From a virus (Duplodnaviria > Caudoviricetes), in the IMG/VR virus record IMGVR_UViG_3300035182_000918, positions 1-63,998 of that record: a stretch of 63,998 nucleotides of DNA; one strand, written 5' to 3'. The position numbers were made by a program, and so were the translations under genes. The notes under the pieces were generated by a model. That model worked only from the letters and a program-made list of their open reading frames with translations, was not told the DNA's origin and searched no databases. Positions 18,248 through 28,485 of the stretch are shown here, piece after piece (the first letter of the stretch is position 1; each line of letters opens with the position of its first letter).

Positions 18248-18394
18248 ATGCCAATACCAAAAAAGAGAAAAAAAGAGACAACAAGTGAATGGCGAAGCAG
18301 GATAGTAAAGAAAGAAATAGAAGCGGGTAAGCCACAAAAACAAGCTGTGGCTATAGCTTATAGTATAACCAAGAAAAAGAAAAGGAGAAAGTAA
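18248..18394 (+). CDS. Small basic protein, 48 aa (below ORF-track cutoff)
   Basis: GAGGTG RBS; MPIPKKRKK...GKPQKQAVAIAYS; same protein at 60439..60585. Confidence 0.75.
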   Translation: MPIPKKRKKETTSEWRSRIVKKEIEAGKPQKQAVAIAYSITKKKKRRK

Positions 18395-19444
18395 ATGGCT
18401 ATTACTATTCCAAATGTAATAAACAACATTTCCAGTTCACAAATAGTAACACAAAGTGGACAAGCTTGCATTCCTGCTAATTTGATAGACGCTAACTTTC
18501 AAGCTTTAGCAAACCCTGTAAACCCCGTTATTTCTGTTACTGGTAGTATATCCTTATTAACAGCAAATAGCGGTAATATATATGAGCTAAATGCCCCAAG
18601 TGCTAATGCGACAATAACTCTTCCAACACCAACAAATGGGTTCAATGCTATTTTTGTTGGTAATAATTCTTCAAGTTATACTTATACTTTTTCAGCTTCA
18701 AGTGGTAGTATTCTTTGGAATAATACCTCAAGTGCAAGTGTAACACCAAACACTACAAGTGGAGTTTATTTTTTAGTGTCAGATGGAACCAATTACATAC
18801 TAAATTCTTATAGTGATATTACTGGTGTTACTTCGGGAACTTATGGTAGTAATACTCAAATATCTCAAATAACTGTTGATGCAAAAGGTAGAGTAACAAG
18901 CGCAACAGCACTGTCATTGTTTACAGCACAAAACACTGCAGTCTTTACCTCTTCTGGTTCTTGGACTGTTCCACAAGGTGTAACTAAAATATTAGTAAGC
19001 GGTTGTGGTGGTGGAGGTGGTGGTGGAGGAAGTTATAGTGGTGCTTCTGGATATGGTGGTTTAGCGGGACTATCTACTATAAAACAATCTATTTCAGTAA
19101 CACCAGGTCATACATTAACGATTACTATAGGAGCAGGTGGAACAGGTGGGGCACCTGGGGCGGTCAATAATGGTGGGAGAGGTGGAGATACAACTTTAGT
19201 AGATAGCAATACATCTACTACTCTATTAACTCTTTCGGGTAGGGGGGATACTTTTATGATAATATCAGGTGGTGGATGTGCTGCAGTAGGCGAAGGGGGA
19301 GTGTTTGGAACAAGTCCTTTGGTTGTCTGCTCGGATAATGGACACCCTGGAAATGGATATGGAGCGGGGGGTGGTGGTGCATCTGGTGATGCTTCTCGCA
19401 CAGGTGGCAACGGTGCGCCTGGTATTCTAATTATAGAGTGGTAG
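18395..19444 (+). CDS. Tail fibre protein with C-terminal glycine-rich domain
   Basis: GTYG...ITVDAKGRVTSA fibre motif; FTSSGSWTVPQGVTKI...GNGAPGILIIEW domain. Confidence 0.8.
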   Translation: MAITIPNVINNISSSQIVTQSGQACIPANLIDANFQALANPVNPVISVTGSISLLTANSGNIYELNAPSANATITLPTPTNGFNAIFVGNNSSSYTYTFSASSGSILWNNTSSASVTPNTTSGVYFLVSDGTNYILNSYSDITGVTSGTYGSNTQISQITVDAKGRVTSATALSLFTAQNTAVFTSSGSWTVPQGVTKILVSGCGGGGGGGGSYSGASGYGGLAGLSTIKQSISVTPGHTLTITIGAGGTGGAPGAVNNGGRGGDTTLVDSNTSTTLLTLSGRGDTFMIISGGGCAAVGEGGVFGTSPLVVCSDNGHPGNGYGAGGGGASGDASRTGGNGAPGILIIEW

Positions 19445-19454
19445 GAGAAATAAA

Positions 19455-20057
19455 ATGAGAGTAGCTTGTTTAGACAGTAATAACAATATAATCAATACAA
19501 TTGAAGTGAAAGACTTAAACTCTATACCAGATTTCATAGGTGTAGATAGTAATAATAACCCAATTCATAAAAATCAAGCAGTTAACTTTGTAAAAATACC
19601 AGATGTTATTCAAGTTGACCCAAACAATACTTATGTTTGGCTTGATGAAAAAGGTAATTTACAAACTCAATATATACCTGCATTAGCACCAAAGAATGCA
19701 CTAAAAGTAAATAACTACGGTCATTCTAATTTACCGCTTAATACCCTAATAACTATTGACAACGGAACAATAATACAAAACACAGAACAACAAATATTAC
19801 AAAATTTACAAAAACAAAAGTTACAAAATCTTTCCATTTATGTTGCATCACTTTTGCAACCAACAGATTATATAATTATAAAAATGGCTGAATCACAATT
19901 AACAAATAATAATATACCACCAGGATTACAGACTAAATATGCGAATCAATTACAGCAAAGAGCAAATATTAGAAAATGGAATGATGATATGGAGCAAGCA
20001 ATAAACAACGCGACAACCATAGAACAATTGCTTGCTATTAATATAGAGTATAATTAA
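19455..20057 (+). CDS. Putative tail-fibre assembly chaperone
   Basis: Follows the fibre; LLQPTDY...RANIR...AINNATTIEQL pattern. Confidence 0.55.
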   Translation: MRVACLDSNNNIINTIEVKDLNSIPDFIGVDSNNNPIHKNQAVNFVKIPDVIQVDPNNTYVWLDEKGNLQTQYIPALAPKNALKVNNYGHSNLPLNTLITIDNGTIIQNTEQQILQNLQKQKLQNLSIYVASLLQPTDYIIIKMAESQLTNNNIPPGLQTKYANQLQQRANIRKWNDDMEQAINNATTIEQLLAINIEYN

Positions 20058-20071
20058 AAGGAGGAACAATA

Positions 20072-20626
20072 ATGCAAATAACACAAGAAGAGTTAGATTT
20101 GTTAGACCCAGAAACACAGCAAAAAATACTTGCTATGACGCAGGAGTATGAACAGGCGACAAAGGTTAAAAACGAACTGCAGGATTTTATGAACAAGGTT
20201 TACTCTAACCCGCAGTTAAAACAGCAGTTTGAACAAGTGGTGAAACAAGTAGACCCAAATGTAGAACTTCCAAAAAGTCCTATTGAAAGTTATATTGACC
20301 CAATCAAACAAGAGTTTGAAGCATTTAAACAAGAACAAGCAAGAAAGGAACTAAAAGCACGATTGGAAGCAAAGGCAAGACAACTTGGTATTGCACCAGA
20401 AGAGTATCCAAAAATAGATGAAATTATGGCTCAAAAGAAAATGCTTGATATGGAATCCGCTATGGAATACTATGCAGCGGTTAGGGACAGGAGTAGAGGG
20501 TTAACAACAAGTGTTGCTGACAATGATATATTGTCAAATGTTAACAAACAGGCAGAAATATATGACTTAAACACGGCAAAACAAAAAGCACTTGAAAAAA
20601 TTAGATACATACAAGGAGGATTTTAA
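20072..20626 (+). CDS. Putative capsid scaffold protein
   Basis: Charged helical protein just upstream of the capsid genes. Confidence 0.55.
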   Translation: MQITQEELDLLDPETQQKILAMTQEYEQATKVKNELQDFMNKVYSNPQLKQQFEQVVKQVDPNVELPKSPIESYIDPIKQEFEAFKQEQARKELKARLEAKARQLGIAPEEYPKIDEIMAQKKMLDMESAMEYYAAVRDRSRGLTTSVADNDILSNVNKQAEIYDLNTAKQKALEKIRYIQGGF

Positions 20627-20628
20627 AA

Positions 20629-20919
20629 ATGGCTAACAAAGTCAATTTCGGGGTAACGGGCACAGGTGGGGATTATTTAGGAACACCTATAACATTGAGT
20701 ATTTCGGCAAGTTCAAGTCAGGTTATTACACAAAAAGGCTACTACTATGTATTGCCTGATACAAACGGCACACTGCAAATGAATGTAAACAGCACTTGGA
20801 CAAATATGGCAACAGCGGGAAACGGTGGATTAATTTACAGCGATGGAGCAAGTTTTAGGATATCAGCAAATGCTAGTGGAAGCACAACTAAACTTGTTCA
20901 AGCATTATACTTACATTAA
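20629..20919 (+). CDS. Putative capsid decoration protein
   Basis: Small beta-rich protein next to the major capsid gene. Confidence 0.45.
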   Translation: MANKVNFGVTGTGGDYLGTPITLSISASSSQVITQKGYYYVLPDTNGTLQMNVNSTWTNMATAGNGGLIYSDGASFRISANASGSTTKLVQALYLH

Positions 20920-20934
20920 AAGGGGGAATAAAGA

Positions 20935-22002
20935 ATGGCAGGCATAACAACCACTACAGGCACAGGTCCTTTAATAGGACAGGGATTTTATCCTACTTCG
21001 GCGCAGAGCGCACAGAACTATATCAATGTAATGCTTCCAGAGATAATGCCAAGCGTTATCTATGAAGGCGTTAGGAAGGCACGACCAACATTAAGGTTGC
21101 TGCTTAAAAAAACACAAAAACCACTAAAAGGTGGTTGGGCTCCAATTAATCAACCAGTGTCGTTTCAGACATTTGGTAACAACGGTAACTGGACAGGAAT
21201 GAGCGGTAGCTTCAATATCCCAACTATTACCAATCCAATACAAAACTTACAGTTCTTACCAGCACTGTATATCAACCCAATATCTTATCTCTTAACCGAA
21301 GAGGTAATGATGGATAGTCCTAATGCGGTAATAGATGTTGTTGCACAAAGGATTACAGACGCATATGAAACAATGTTTGATAACCTTAACTCAACAATAT
21401 TGGGAACAATGGGCACCAACTCGTTGCAAATGCAAGGGTTATATGATATCGTAGATAACGGAACAAACCAGTCATACTACGGTGGACTAACAAGAGCAAG
21501 CTATACATATCTGAACTCTAAAATATTCAGTTACTCTGCTGGTATATTCTCTTCAACACCAACGGCTTATCAGATAGTTCACAGATACTTGCTATCGTTC
21601 TTAAACGATACTAACTACAGAATACCTGATGTAGGTATTACATCATTTGCGGTATTTTCTGCATTAACAGAGTCAATGGCAAGTATAGAAAGGGTTCAAG
21701 TTCAAGACCCAGCAAGAATAGCTGACAGCAGGGATTGGGCAGTTCAGGTAGTAAGCGTAGATGGTGTTCCAATTCTACCAGACCCAAGCATATCAACAAA
21801 TACAATCTACTTCTTAAATCTCAACAAGCTTGAACTTGGAACAGTTCCACAGCTTAATTTCAAACTAACACCACCAGCAGACCTACAACCAACAGGACAG
21901 TTAGGCTTCGTTCAAACGGCATTGATAGCTGGGCAATTTTATTCATTTGAACCATCAGCACATTTTCAGCTAACGGGCTTCCCTGGAGTAACATTAGCAT
22001 AG
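20935..22002 (+). CDS. Major capsid protein
   Basis: 355 aa; QGLYDIVD.GT..YGGLTR, DGVPILPD and IYFLN motifs; position after the scaffold. Confidence 0.8.
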   Translation: MAGITTTTGTGPLIGQGFYPTSAQSAQNYINVMLPEIMPSVIYEGVRKARPTLRLLLKKTQKPLKGGWAPINQPVSFQTFGNNGNWTGMSGSFNIPTITNPIQNLQFLPALYINPISYLLTEEVMMDSPNAVIDVVAQRITDAYETMFDNLNSTILGTMGTNSLQMQGLYDIVDNGTNQSYYGGLTRASYTYLNSKIFSYSAGIFSSTPTAYQIVHRYLLSFLNDTNYRIPDVGITSFAVFSALTESMASIERVQVQDPARIADSRDWAVQVVSVDGVPILPDPSISTNTIYFLNLNKLELGTVPQLNFKLTPPADLQPTGQLGFVQTALIAGQFYSFEPSAHFQLTGFPGVTLA

Positions 22003-22050
22003 TAATAAAAATTTGGGTAGCACACCCATTTAAAAATTAAGGAGGTAGGT

Positions 22051-22404
22051 ATGTGGATTTACAACAAAACAAACAACGAATATAAAGTAAAATGGGGTTC
22101 TAAATATTACAAACTACAACCAAAAATGAATGAAATAGAAGACGAAATAGCAAAAGCATTTTTTGGTTACAATGTAGATATATACAACAGTGACCCAAAA
22201 GAAGCAGAAAAAGAAGCACAAAGACTTGTAGATATTATCAAGCAAAGATGGGCATTAGCAGGTGTTGAAATAAAAGATGACAGCTGGCTTGAGTTTAATG
22301 AACCAAACAGTAAGTGGCTTATATCTGATAGTCACGATGAAATAATTGATATGCTACAACCTGAAACACAAAAGGGAAAAGCGATAAATGGCAACCCTAA
22401 ATGA
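22051..22404 (+). CDS. Hypothetical virion-module protein
   Basis: AAGGAGG RBS; 117 aa. Confidence 0.65.
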   Translation: MWIYNKTNNEYKVKWGSKYYKLQPKMNEIEDEIAKAFFGYNVDIYNSDPKEAEKEAQRLVDIIKQRWALAGVEIKDDSWLEFNEPNSKWLISDSHDEIIDMLQPETQKGKAINGNPK

Positions 22405-22963
22405 TTATTTAACATTTGTTAGTAGTAAAATACCAACATATTCAGCTATTCCACAAGCTACTGTTATTAATGCAGTTAACGATGCACGAAACCAAGTAGC
22501 TTTGTGGACTGGTTGCACCAAAACAAAACTAACATTTAATTTAACACAAGGGACAAATACATACACATTAAGCAGTATATTTGGTAACCAAATATTAACA
22601 GGTATAATATCAATATGGCTCTGGATAGGAACATTTAAATATCCATTGCAAAAAGGTAGTATAGGTAATTACAATTGGGACTATCAGCAGTATCCTACTA
22701 CTTATTGGATAATATCACAGTCATTAAGAGTATACCCAACACCATCAAGTAATTACCCACTTGAAATATATTATACTTATCAACCACAAGCATTAAATTA
22801 TTCAACTGATGTTGATAATGATATACCGCAAGCATTTTATCAAACGGTTGGTCTTCTTGCTTCATCTTATACGGCTATTGCAGACGGTAATGCACAGTTA
22901 GGTCAACTATATGAACAAATGGCACAAAAGCAAGCTGAAGGCAATCATATAGGTAGGTGGTAA
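22388..22963 (+). CDS. Head-tail adaptor (tail tubular A-like)
   Basis: INAVNDA...LRVYPTP...DIPQAF pattern and synteny. Confidence 0.65.
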   Translation: MATLNDYLTFVSSKIPTYSAIPQATVINAVNDARNQVALWTGCTKTKLTFNLTQGTNTYTLSSIFGNQILTGIISIWLWIGTFKYPLQKGSIGNYNWDYQQYPTTYWIISQSLRVYPTPSSNYPLEIYYTYQPQALNYSTDVDNDIPQAFYQTVGLLASSYTAIADGNAQLGQLYEQMAQKQAEGNHIGRW

Positions 22964-24540
22964 TGGCACAACAACAAGGACAGCCAAAAGTATCTAACAT
23001 ACAAATGAATAAAAAAGACCCAATGAAGGGTCTTACAATAACAATTCAAGGATACTCTGGTATTAATAATACTCAACCACCTGATTTAATACCTGATAAT
23101 GCTGTCCAAGATATATATAATTTTCTACCAATAGGCAACGGCACAGTTAGAAAACTACAACCACCTTCACTGGTAGCTACTCTTCCCTACAATCCAATTG
23201 TAATGATTAATGATATTTTAAACGGTAGCCTTGTAATGTTTGTTATACTTGATGACGGTAGTGCTGGAACCATTAGTGGTGGAACTTACTCACAGGTTGC
23301 TACTGCAAATACATTCAGCACGGTTGCAAGTTATATTCAAATAACCAACTGGCAAAATCAGGTTTTTTTAATTATTGACAATATAAAGGGATATTTTTCA
23401 TATTCACCAAGTAGTGGCTTAACACTAATAAATTCTGGTATAAAAGGTAATACAATAATAGTTTATCAAGGTAGAGTATTTGTTGGTGGCGGTAGAAACA
23501 TACAATATTCAGCACCTACAAGCTATACAGATTTTACAACTACAAATGGTGGTGGAACATTTATGATTTCATCACCTAACTTAAAACAGCAAATAATAAA
23601 GCTTATTGCGTATATGAATAATATCTATGTAGTAGGAGACCACGCAGTAATAGCTATTACAGGAACTACAATTAACAATGACCCAAGCTTGTGGTATATA
23701 CAAGAGATATTTAACACAACAGGTAGTATTTACTCTAATAGCGTTATTAACTTTAACAATACAATATATCTTGTAAATGAATACGGTATATATCAAATAG
23801 TAAGTAGTCAATCTCAAAAAATTGACTATATGGTTGATATTACTAAATTTAGCTGGACTTCGGGTCAAGCGGATTTGGCACAGATTAATAACCTTAACTT
23901 TTATCTTTTGCCTATACAAAAATACAGTATATTATACTCACAAAACTATAATCTGTTGTTAGCTTATTGTGTGGATTTACAGCAGTATTTTCAAATAGAT
24001 TTAGGATTTAATATTACTGGAGTTTATGCAACAAGAAGTATAACAGACCACAGTATTTACATATTAGCACAGAACAGCATATATAAATTAGGCGGTGGAG
24101 CATCAAAAATTAAAGGCTTAATAAGAACAAAGAACTTTGATTTTGGTTATCCTTTTTTATATAAGACAGTAAGAAACACAAGCTTTAATATTATACCTTA
24201 CAGTGGAACACCTAATATGTCTTTAACAGTAAACTTACAATCTCTTACAGGAACATCTCCAAGTCAATCTGGAACAAATATGAACAGCTTAAACTATATA
24301 AGCAATTTAGCTATCGCGGTTTCAACCTCTACCTCACCACTTTATATACTACCACAAAATGGTGTTAATATTCCATTGTTGATAAATATTAATACTGCAA
24401 TTCCTACATCTTATTTACCTATATTCTACTTAAATGTAAGTGGTAATGCGTTTAGCTTTGATATAGCAGATAACAGTAATGCTTCATTTGATATAGTCCA
24501 AACTTATATAAGAGCGCATTTAGGAAGGTCGGTAGTATGA
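22957..24540 (+). CDS. Tail nozzle/DNA stabilisation protein (tubular B or P22 gp10-like)
   Basis: 527 aa, beta-rich; YQGRVF...IQYS, RTKNFDFG.P..YK; follows the adaptor. Confidence 0.65.
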   Translation: MVMAQQQGQPKVSNIQMNKKDPMKGLTITIQGYSGINNTQPPDLIPDNAVQDIYNFLPIGNGTVRKLQPPSLVATLPYNPIVMINDILNGSLVMFVILDDGSAGTISGGTYSQVATANTFSTVASYIQITNWQNQVFLIIDNIKGYFSYSPSSGLTLINSGIKGNTIIVYQGRVFVGGGRNIQYSAPTSYTDFTTTNGGGTFMISSPNLKQQIIKLIAYMNNIYVVGDHAVIAITGTTINNDPSLWYIQEIFNTTGSIYSNSVINFNNTIYLVNEYGIYQIVSSQSQKIDYMVDITKFSWTSGQADLAQINNLNFYLLPIQKYSILYSQNYNLLLAYCVDLQQYFQIDLGFNITGVYATRSITDHSIYILAQNSIYKLGGGASKIKGLIRTKNFDFGYPFLYKTVRNTSFNIIPYSGTPNMSLTVNLQSLTGTSPSQSGTNMNSLNYISNLAIAVSTSTSPLYILPQNGVNIPLLININTAIPTSYLPIFYLNVSGNAFSFDIADNSNASFDIVQTYIRAHLGRSVV

Positions 24541-25043
24541 GTAATCAAACAACACCTGTTAGTTATATTACTATAACTGGTTTACCAGATATACAAAGCA
24601 AGTTTCCTGAAAATAAAACGGTTAATATATTAAACGACTTTCAGCAACAGCACTACACAGACCACTCAACTATTTACTCTGTTATCAATAACTTGTATAA
24701 GAGTTTAAATATGCCACAGATACAAGTTCCATTACCAAACTTATTCTTTAATGACGCACCAAGCTTTAATATATTTCTAACCAATAATAGGACAGACCAC
24801 GCGTTGTTTTATCAAGCAACAACCCAAATAGCACAAGAGTTAGTGGCAAAGGGTTATGGTGTTACACCAACCCTTATTAACTTTAATGAAAATTTAATTC
24901 AGTCAACGAATGAATATAACTATTTGACGATTGATAAATTTATACAACAAGAGGTTTCAATACACAATGCTTTTATGAGGTATTTGGAAATATTGATTGA
25001 CACTCTTAATAAAACGCCAATACCATTGGCGGGTGGGAGTTAA
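24537..25043 (+). CDS. Hypothetical tail-module protein
   Basis: 168 aa; ATGA overlap with the previous gene. Confidence 0.65.
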   Translation: MSNQTTPVSYITITGLPDIQSKFPENKTVNILNDFQQQHYTDHSTIYSVINNLYKSLNMPQIQVPLPNLFFNDAPSFNIFLTNNRTDHALFYQATTQIAQELVAKGYGVTPTLINFNENLIQSTNEYNYLTIDKFIQQEVSIHNAFMRYLEILIDTLNKTPIPLAGGS

Positions 25044-25044
25044 A

Positions 25045-25401
25045 ATGATTGAGTTTAGAGAAGTTAAATATATTCCAAGAGGACATATATTTAGAAAGAT
25101 ATATGATAAATATCATAACGGTTGGTTGATAAATTATGATATTTTTAAGTCAAATGTAAAAGACGCAGAGAACTATTTGATATACAAGGATAATAAGGAA
25201 ATAGGATTTGTAAGCTTTGTATACAAGCCAGATACTTTAATGGTTTATATTCACTATTTAAGCGTAGCTTGTGCAAGCAAAAAGGTTAATATTAAAAAAG
25301 AACTATATAACTTACTATTGACAAAAGGATATTACTTTGTTATGGTATGTTATTATAGAATTAAGAAAAGAAGATTTTTTTGTTATCATATAAAACATTA
25401 A
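25045..25401 (+). CDS. Possible GNAT-like assembly protein (start reassigned)
   Basis: YLIYKDNKEIGFVSF...YIHYLSV; sits before the ejection genes. Confidence 0.45.
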   Translation: MIEFREVKYIPRGHIFRKIYDKYHNGWLINYDIFKSNVKDAENYLIYKDNKEIGFVSFVYKPDTLMVYIHYLSVACASKKVNIKKELYNLLLTKGYYFVMVCYYRIKKRRFFCYHIKH

Positions 25402-25416
25402 AAGGAGGATAATAAT

Positions 25417-26238
25417 ATGTCAGACCCAGCGACAGTTGGAGCTATAGCATCGGTTGTAGGAACTGTATTTGGTATAGGGGAGAGTTTGTTTGGAGGCAGT
25501 AGCATTAAAATGCCAAAACTACAAATGCCACAGGTTCAAAATTTTAAAATACCAGAAACAGACTTACAACAGTTAAATCAACAAATAGCACAAAATACAC
25601 AATTATCAGACCAAGCAAGACAAGCCGCTATGCAGGCTATTAACGGCTATAATCAAGGACAGCTTTCAGAAGCTTATGCTGGTATGTATCAAGACCAGTA
25701 TAACAAAGCAAAACAGCAAATACTACAGCAGTTAGCAGCACAAGGATTTACTGAAGGTAGCACACAGTATACCAGTGCTATGCAAAACCTTGAGACTTGG
25801 GCTGCAAACCTAAAATCACAGCTATTGCAAAAACAGTTAGATGACGGATTGAGGTTAGCTGGTTTATCTGATAATGCTATAAAAGATTTGGAGAGTTCTT
25901 GGCAAACGCAAAGTGGTATTAATGCACAAAATAATGCCGCTAATATTGAAGGCACAAATGCTTACAATCAAGCACAATTGGGGCAAACACAAGCACAAAT
26001 GTTAAATCAACAACTACAACAACAAAAATACGGCAATATAGCAAATGCTGTTCAAGGACTCGGCGGAGCACTTGGAAAAATAGGTAGTGGTGGAACAGGT
26101 TCAATAACAAGCACAGGTGATATAGGTGGACAATATTCTTCAAATCCTGTAGGTTATCAAACAGCTAAATCTGACCCAATGGGTGCAGCAGGTCTTCCAA
26201 CATTTGGTAGTATATTTGGGGGTCAATCAAATGGCTAA
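25417..26238 (+). CDS. Internal virion/ejection protein
   Basis: Gly/Ala N-terminus, Gln-rich helices, LAAQGF..GST motif. Confidence 0.65.
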   Translation: MSDPATVGAIASVVGTVFGIGESLFGGSSIKMPKLQMPQVQNFKIPETDLQQLNQQIAQNTQLSDQARQAAMQAINGYNQGQLSEAYAGMYQDQYNKAKQQILQQLAAQGFTEGSTQYTSAMQNLETWAANLKSQLLQKQLDDGLRLAGLSDNAIKDLESSWQTQSGINAQNNAANIEGTNAYNQAQLGQTQAQMLNQQLQQQKYGNIANAVQGLGGALGKIGSGGTGSITSTGDIGGQYSSNPVGYQTAKSDPMGAAGLPTFGSIFGGQSNG

Positions 26239-27349
26239 CGCTATTAATGATATAATAAAGCAATCTGTAAACAATATAACCAATATACAACAAGCAAATC
26301 AACAACTACAGAGTATATTAGGGCAAAGCCAAAACCAACAAACAACTGGTAGTCAGCAATTACCAAGTGATATGGTATTAAGTCCATTTGAAGTATCTCA
26401 ATATAATACTCTTATGACCGAAGACCCTACATCAAGCAAACATAAACACGGTAAAGTAGTAGCTACTTACTTAAGTGGCAAAGTGCCTGCACAGATAGAA
26501 CAAATGGAAAATCCTTCTAACTATTCAGAGTTAACAAATATGCTGTCTAATTTATCAAAACAAGGACAATCCGCATTACAAGGTTATATTTCAAACCAAC
26601 AAAACCTTGCTCCAAGTCTATTTGCTAACACTTGGGAAACACCAAACAAAGACACAAGTTCAATTAGTCTATCATTAGCAGGTAACCAACCTAAAAACAA
26701 AATAATGCAACAATATGAAGGCAAGTATAATGAGATGCAACAGCAATTAGACACACAAAAACAAAACTATTTAAGCCAATTAGATACAATGAGAACTAAC
26801 ATACAAAATTCATTACAGCAATTAGCAAATCCTGATACAGCAAGAGCGTTAATATTAGGCACAACAGCAACATATTTGCAGAATGTTTATAATAGAATAT
26901 CTCCTTATTTAGACCAAAAAAGCTATCAACAGTTAACCCAACAGATGCAAGACATATATTCAAAGGATCAACAGTTTGCTACCAGTTATAACCAATTATT
27001 CCAAAACTATTTGGGTATGAATGCAAACCTAATTGATACGTTAAAACAAATTCAATCGAATACATTTGGCGGTATGCAACAAGGTGCACAGCAAGCAACA
27101 CAACAGCTATCACAATTAGGTGGTCAACAACTTAATGTTCCAAATATAACAGATATGGGTTCAGCTATTAAAGCACAGGGAATACAAAATACGGCAAACA
27201 ATCAAATACAAGACATACAATTTGCTGATACACACTTTGGCTTAACACCAACAGATTGGCAGGCGTATATACAATCTAATGGTCAAGCACCAACAAGTCA
27301 GGAAGATGCTGACCGATTGCAACAAAATAGATATTGGAGTGGAGGATAA
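26231..27349 (+). CDS. Internal virion/ejection protein (start reassigned)
   Basis: Gln/Asn-rich helical protein; synteny. Confidence 0.6.
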   Translation: MANAINDIIKQSVNNITNIQQANQQLQSILGQSQNQQTTGSQQLPSDMVLSPFEVSQYNTLMTEDPTSSKHKHGKVVATYLSGKVPAQIEQMENPSNYSELTNMLSNLSKQGQSALQGYISNQQNLAPSLFANTWETPNKDTSSISLSLAGNQPKNKIMQQYEGKYNEMQQQLDTQKQNYLSQLDTMRTNIQNSLQQLANPDTARALILGTTATYLQNVYNRISPYLDQKSYQQLTQQMQDIYSKDQQFATSYNQLFQNYLGMNANLIDTLKQIQSNTFGGMQQGAQQATQQLSQLGGQQLNVPNITDMGSAIKAQGIQNTANNQIQDIQFADTHFGLTPTDWQAYIQSNGQAPTSQEDADRLQQNRYWSGG

Positions 27350-27351
27350 TT

Positions 27352-28473
27352 ATGAGCACACCAATAAAAGGACCTTTTGATTTTAATTCAATAACAAATA
27401 CACAACAACAAAAACCAGCACAAAAACCAACTCCTACACCAAAACCAGCGCTAAAAATAACTCAAACATCACAACCAAAACAACCTACTAAACAAACACA
27501 ATCAACAATACCAAAAATTACTGCACCAACGCAACAGCCATTATTGCAATCACCTTCAGATACAGAAGCAAAAAATCTTATAGATAACTTTAATAAATTA
27601 CAACAACAATTAAATGAAAGTCAAAAAAAATATAATGAAGTTGCACAACAAATAATATCAGATACTTCCAAAAGAAAAAGTGAATTAACAGAATATTTTA
27701 AGAAAATGGATGATGCGTTAAAGCAAACAGATGACATTCCAACAATAAAAACATACAAAGATATAGTTCAAGAAAATAGTAAATTAATGCCATTAATGGT
27801 TGGTCTTATAGCATTAGGAACAGCAGTATTTGGTAATAGAGACGGCACAACAATGGCAGATAAAATGGGGGCTATGTTTGGTGCTTTAAAAGAAAAAAAC
27901 TTAACAGATTGGAAAACAGCTTCAGAAGATTTCAAAAGTCAATTAGAGCAGTGGAAAGTTAAAAGTGAGAATATATATAACAAAGTAAATATGATGATGC
28001 AAAAGTTAATGATGGGTGAAAAAATAGATGATGAATTAGCAAAATTTAAAACTGATTTTGCAAATACTAATTTAAATACTAACTTGTCATTGTTAAGTAT
28101 TATATCAAAAATTTTACCAGAAGTAGAAAGAATGCAACAAGAAACTAAATTAAAAGTTGCACAATTAAATATGGAAGCACCATATTACGGAGCACTTACT
28201 CAAAGTCTTATAGAGGGCACTAAAGAGAAACAAGCATTAACAGCAAAAAATACCGCTATAGCACAAATGTTACAAGAAGCAAATCAAGCATATCAAGAAT
28301 ATGCTAAAGCACTTGATAAAGGTGACCAAAAGTTAGCGGCAAAATGGCTTGCTAAATATCAAGCATTAATTAAAAAAATACCATCATCTGGAAACAGTGG
28401 TGATGGTGGTTTAGATATTAATCTTACACCAGGTCAAGTTCAAACTAATTCTAATGTTGTAAGCAGTAAATAA
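27352..28473 (+). CDS. Internal virion/ejection protein (start reassigned)
   Basis: GGAGGA RBS; coiled coil with one hydrophobic segment. Confidence 0.6.
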   Translation: MSTPIKGPFDFNSITNTQQQKPAQKPTPTPKPALKITQTSQPKQPTKQTQSTIPKITAPTQQPLLQSPSDTEAKNLIDNFNKLQQQLNESQKKYNEVAQQIISDTSKRKSELTEYFKKMDDALKQTDDIPTIKTYKDIVQENSKLMPLMVGLIALGTAVFGNRDGTTMADKMGAMFGALKEKNLTDWKTASEDFKSQLEQWKVKSENIYNKVNMMMQKLMMGEKIDDELAKFKTDFANTNLNTNLSLLSIISKILPEVERMQQETKLKVAQLNMEAPYYGALTQSLIEGTKEKQALTAKNTAIAQMLQEANQAYQEYAKALDKGDQKLAAKWLAKYQALIKKIPSSGNSGDGGLDINLTPGQVQTNSNVVSSK

Positions 28474-28485
28474 AAGGAGTAGTAA

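Larger units (their letters stand above)
1..21790. mobile_element. Phage genome segment, first occurrence (replication arm to capsid)
   Basis: Primase-helicase, RuvC, portal and capsid-module genes; the same gene order recurs from ~40350. Confidence 0.9.
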
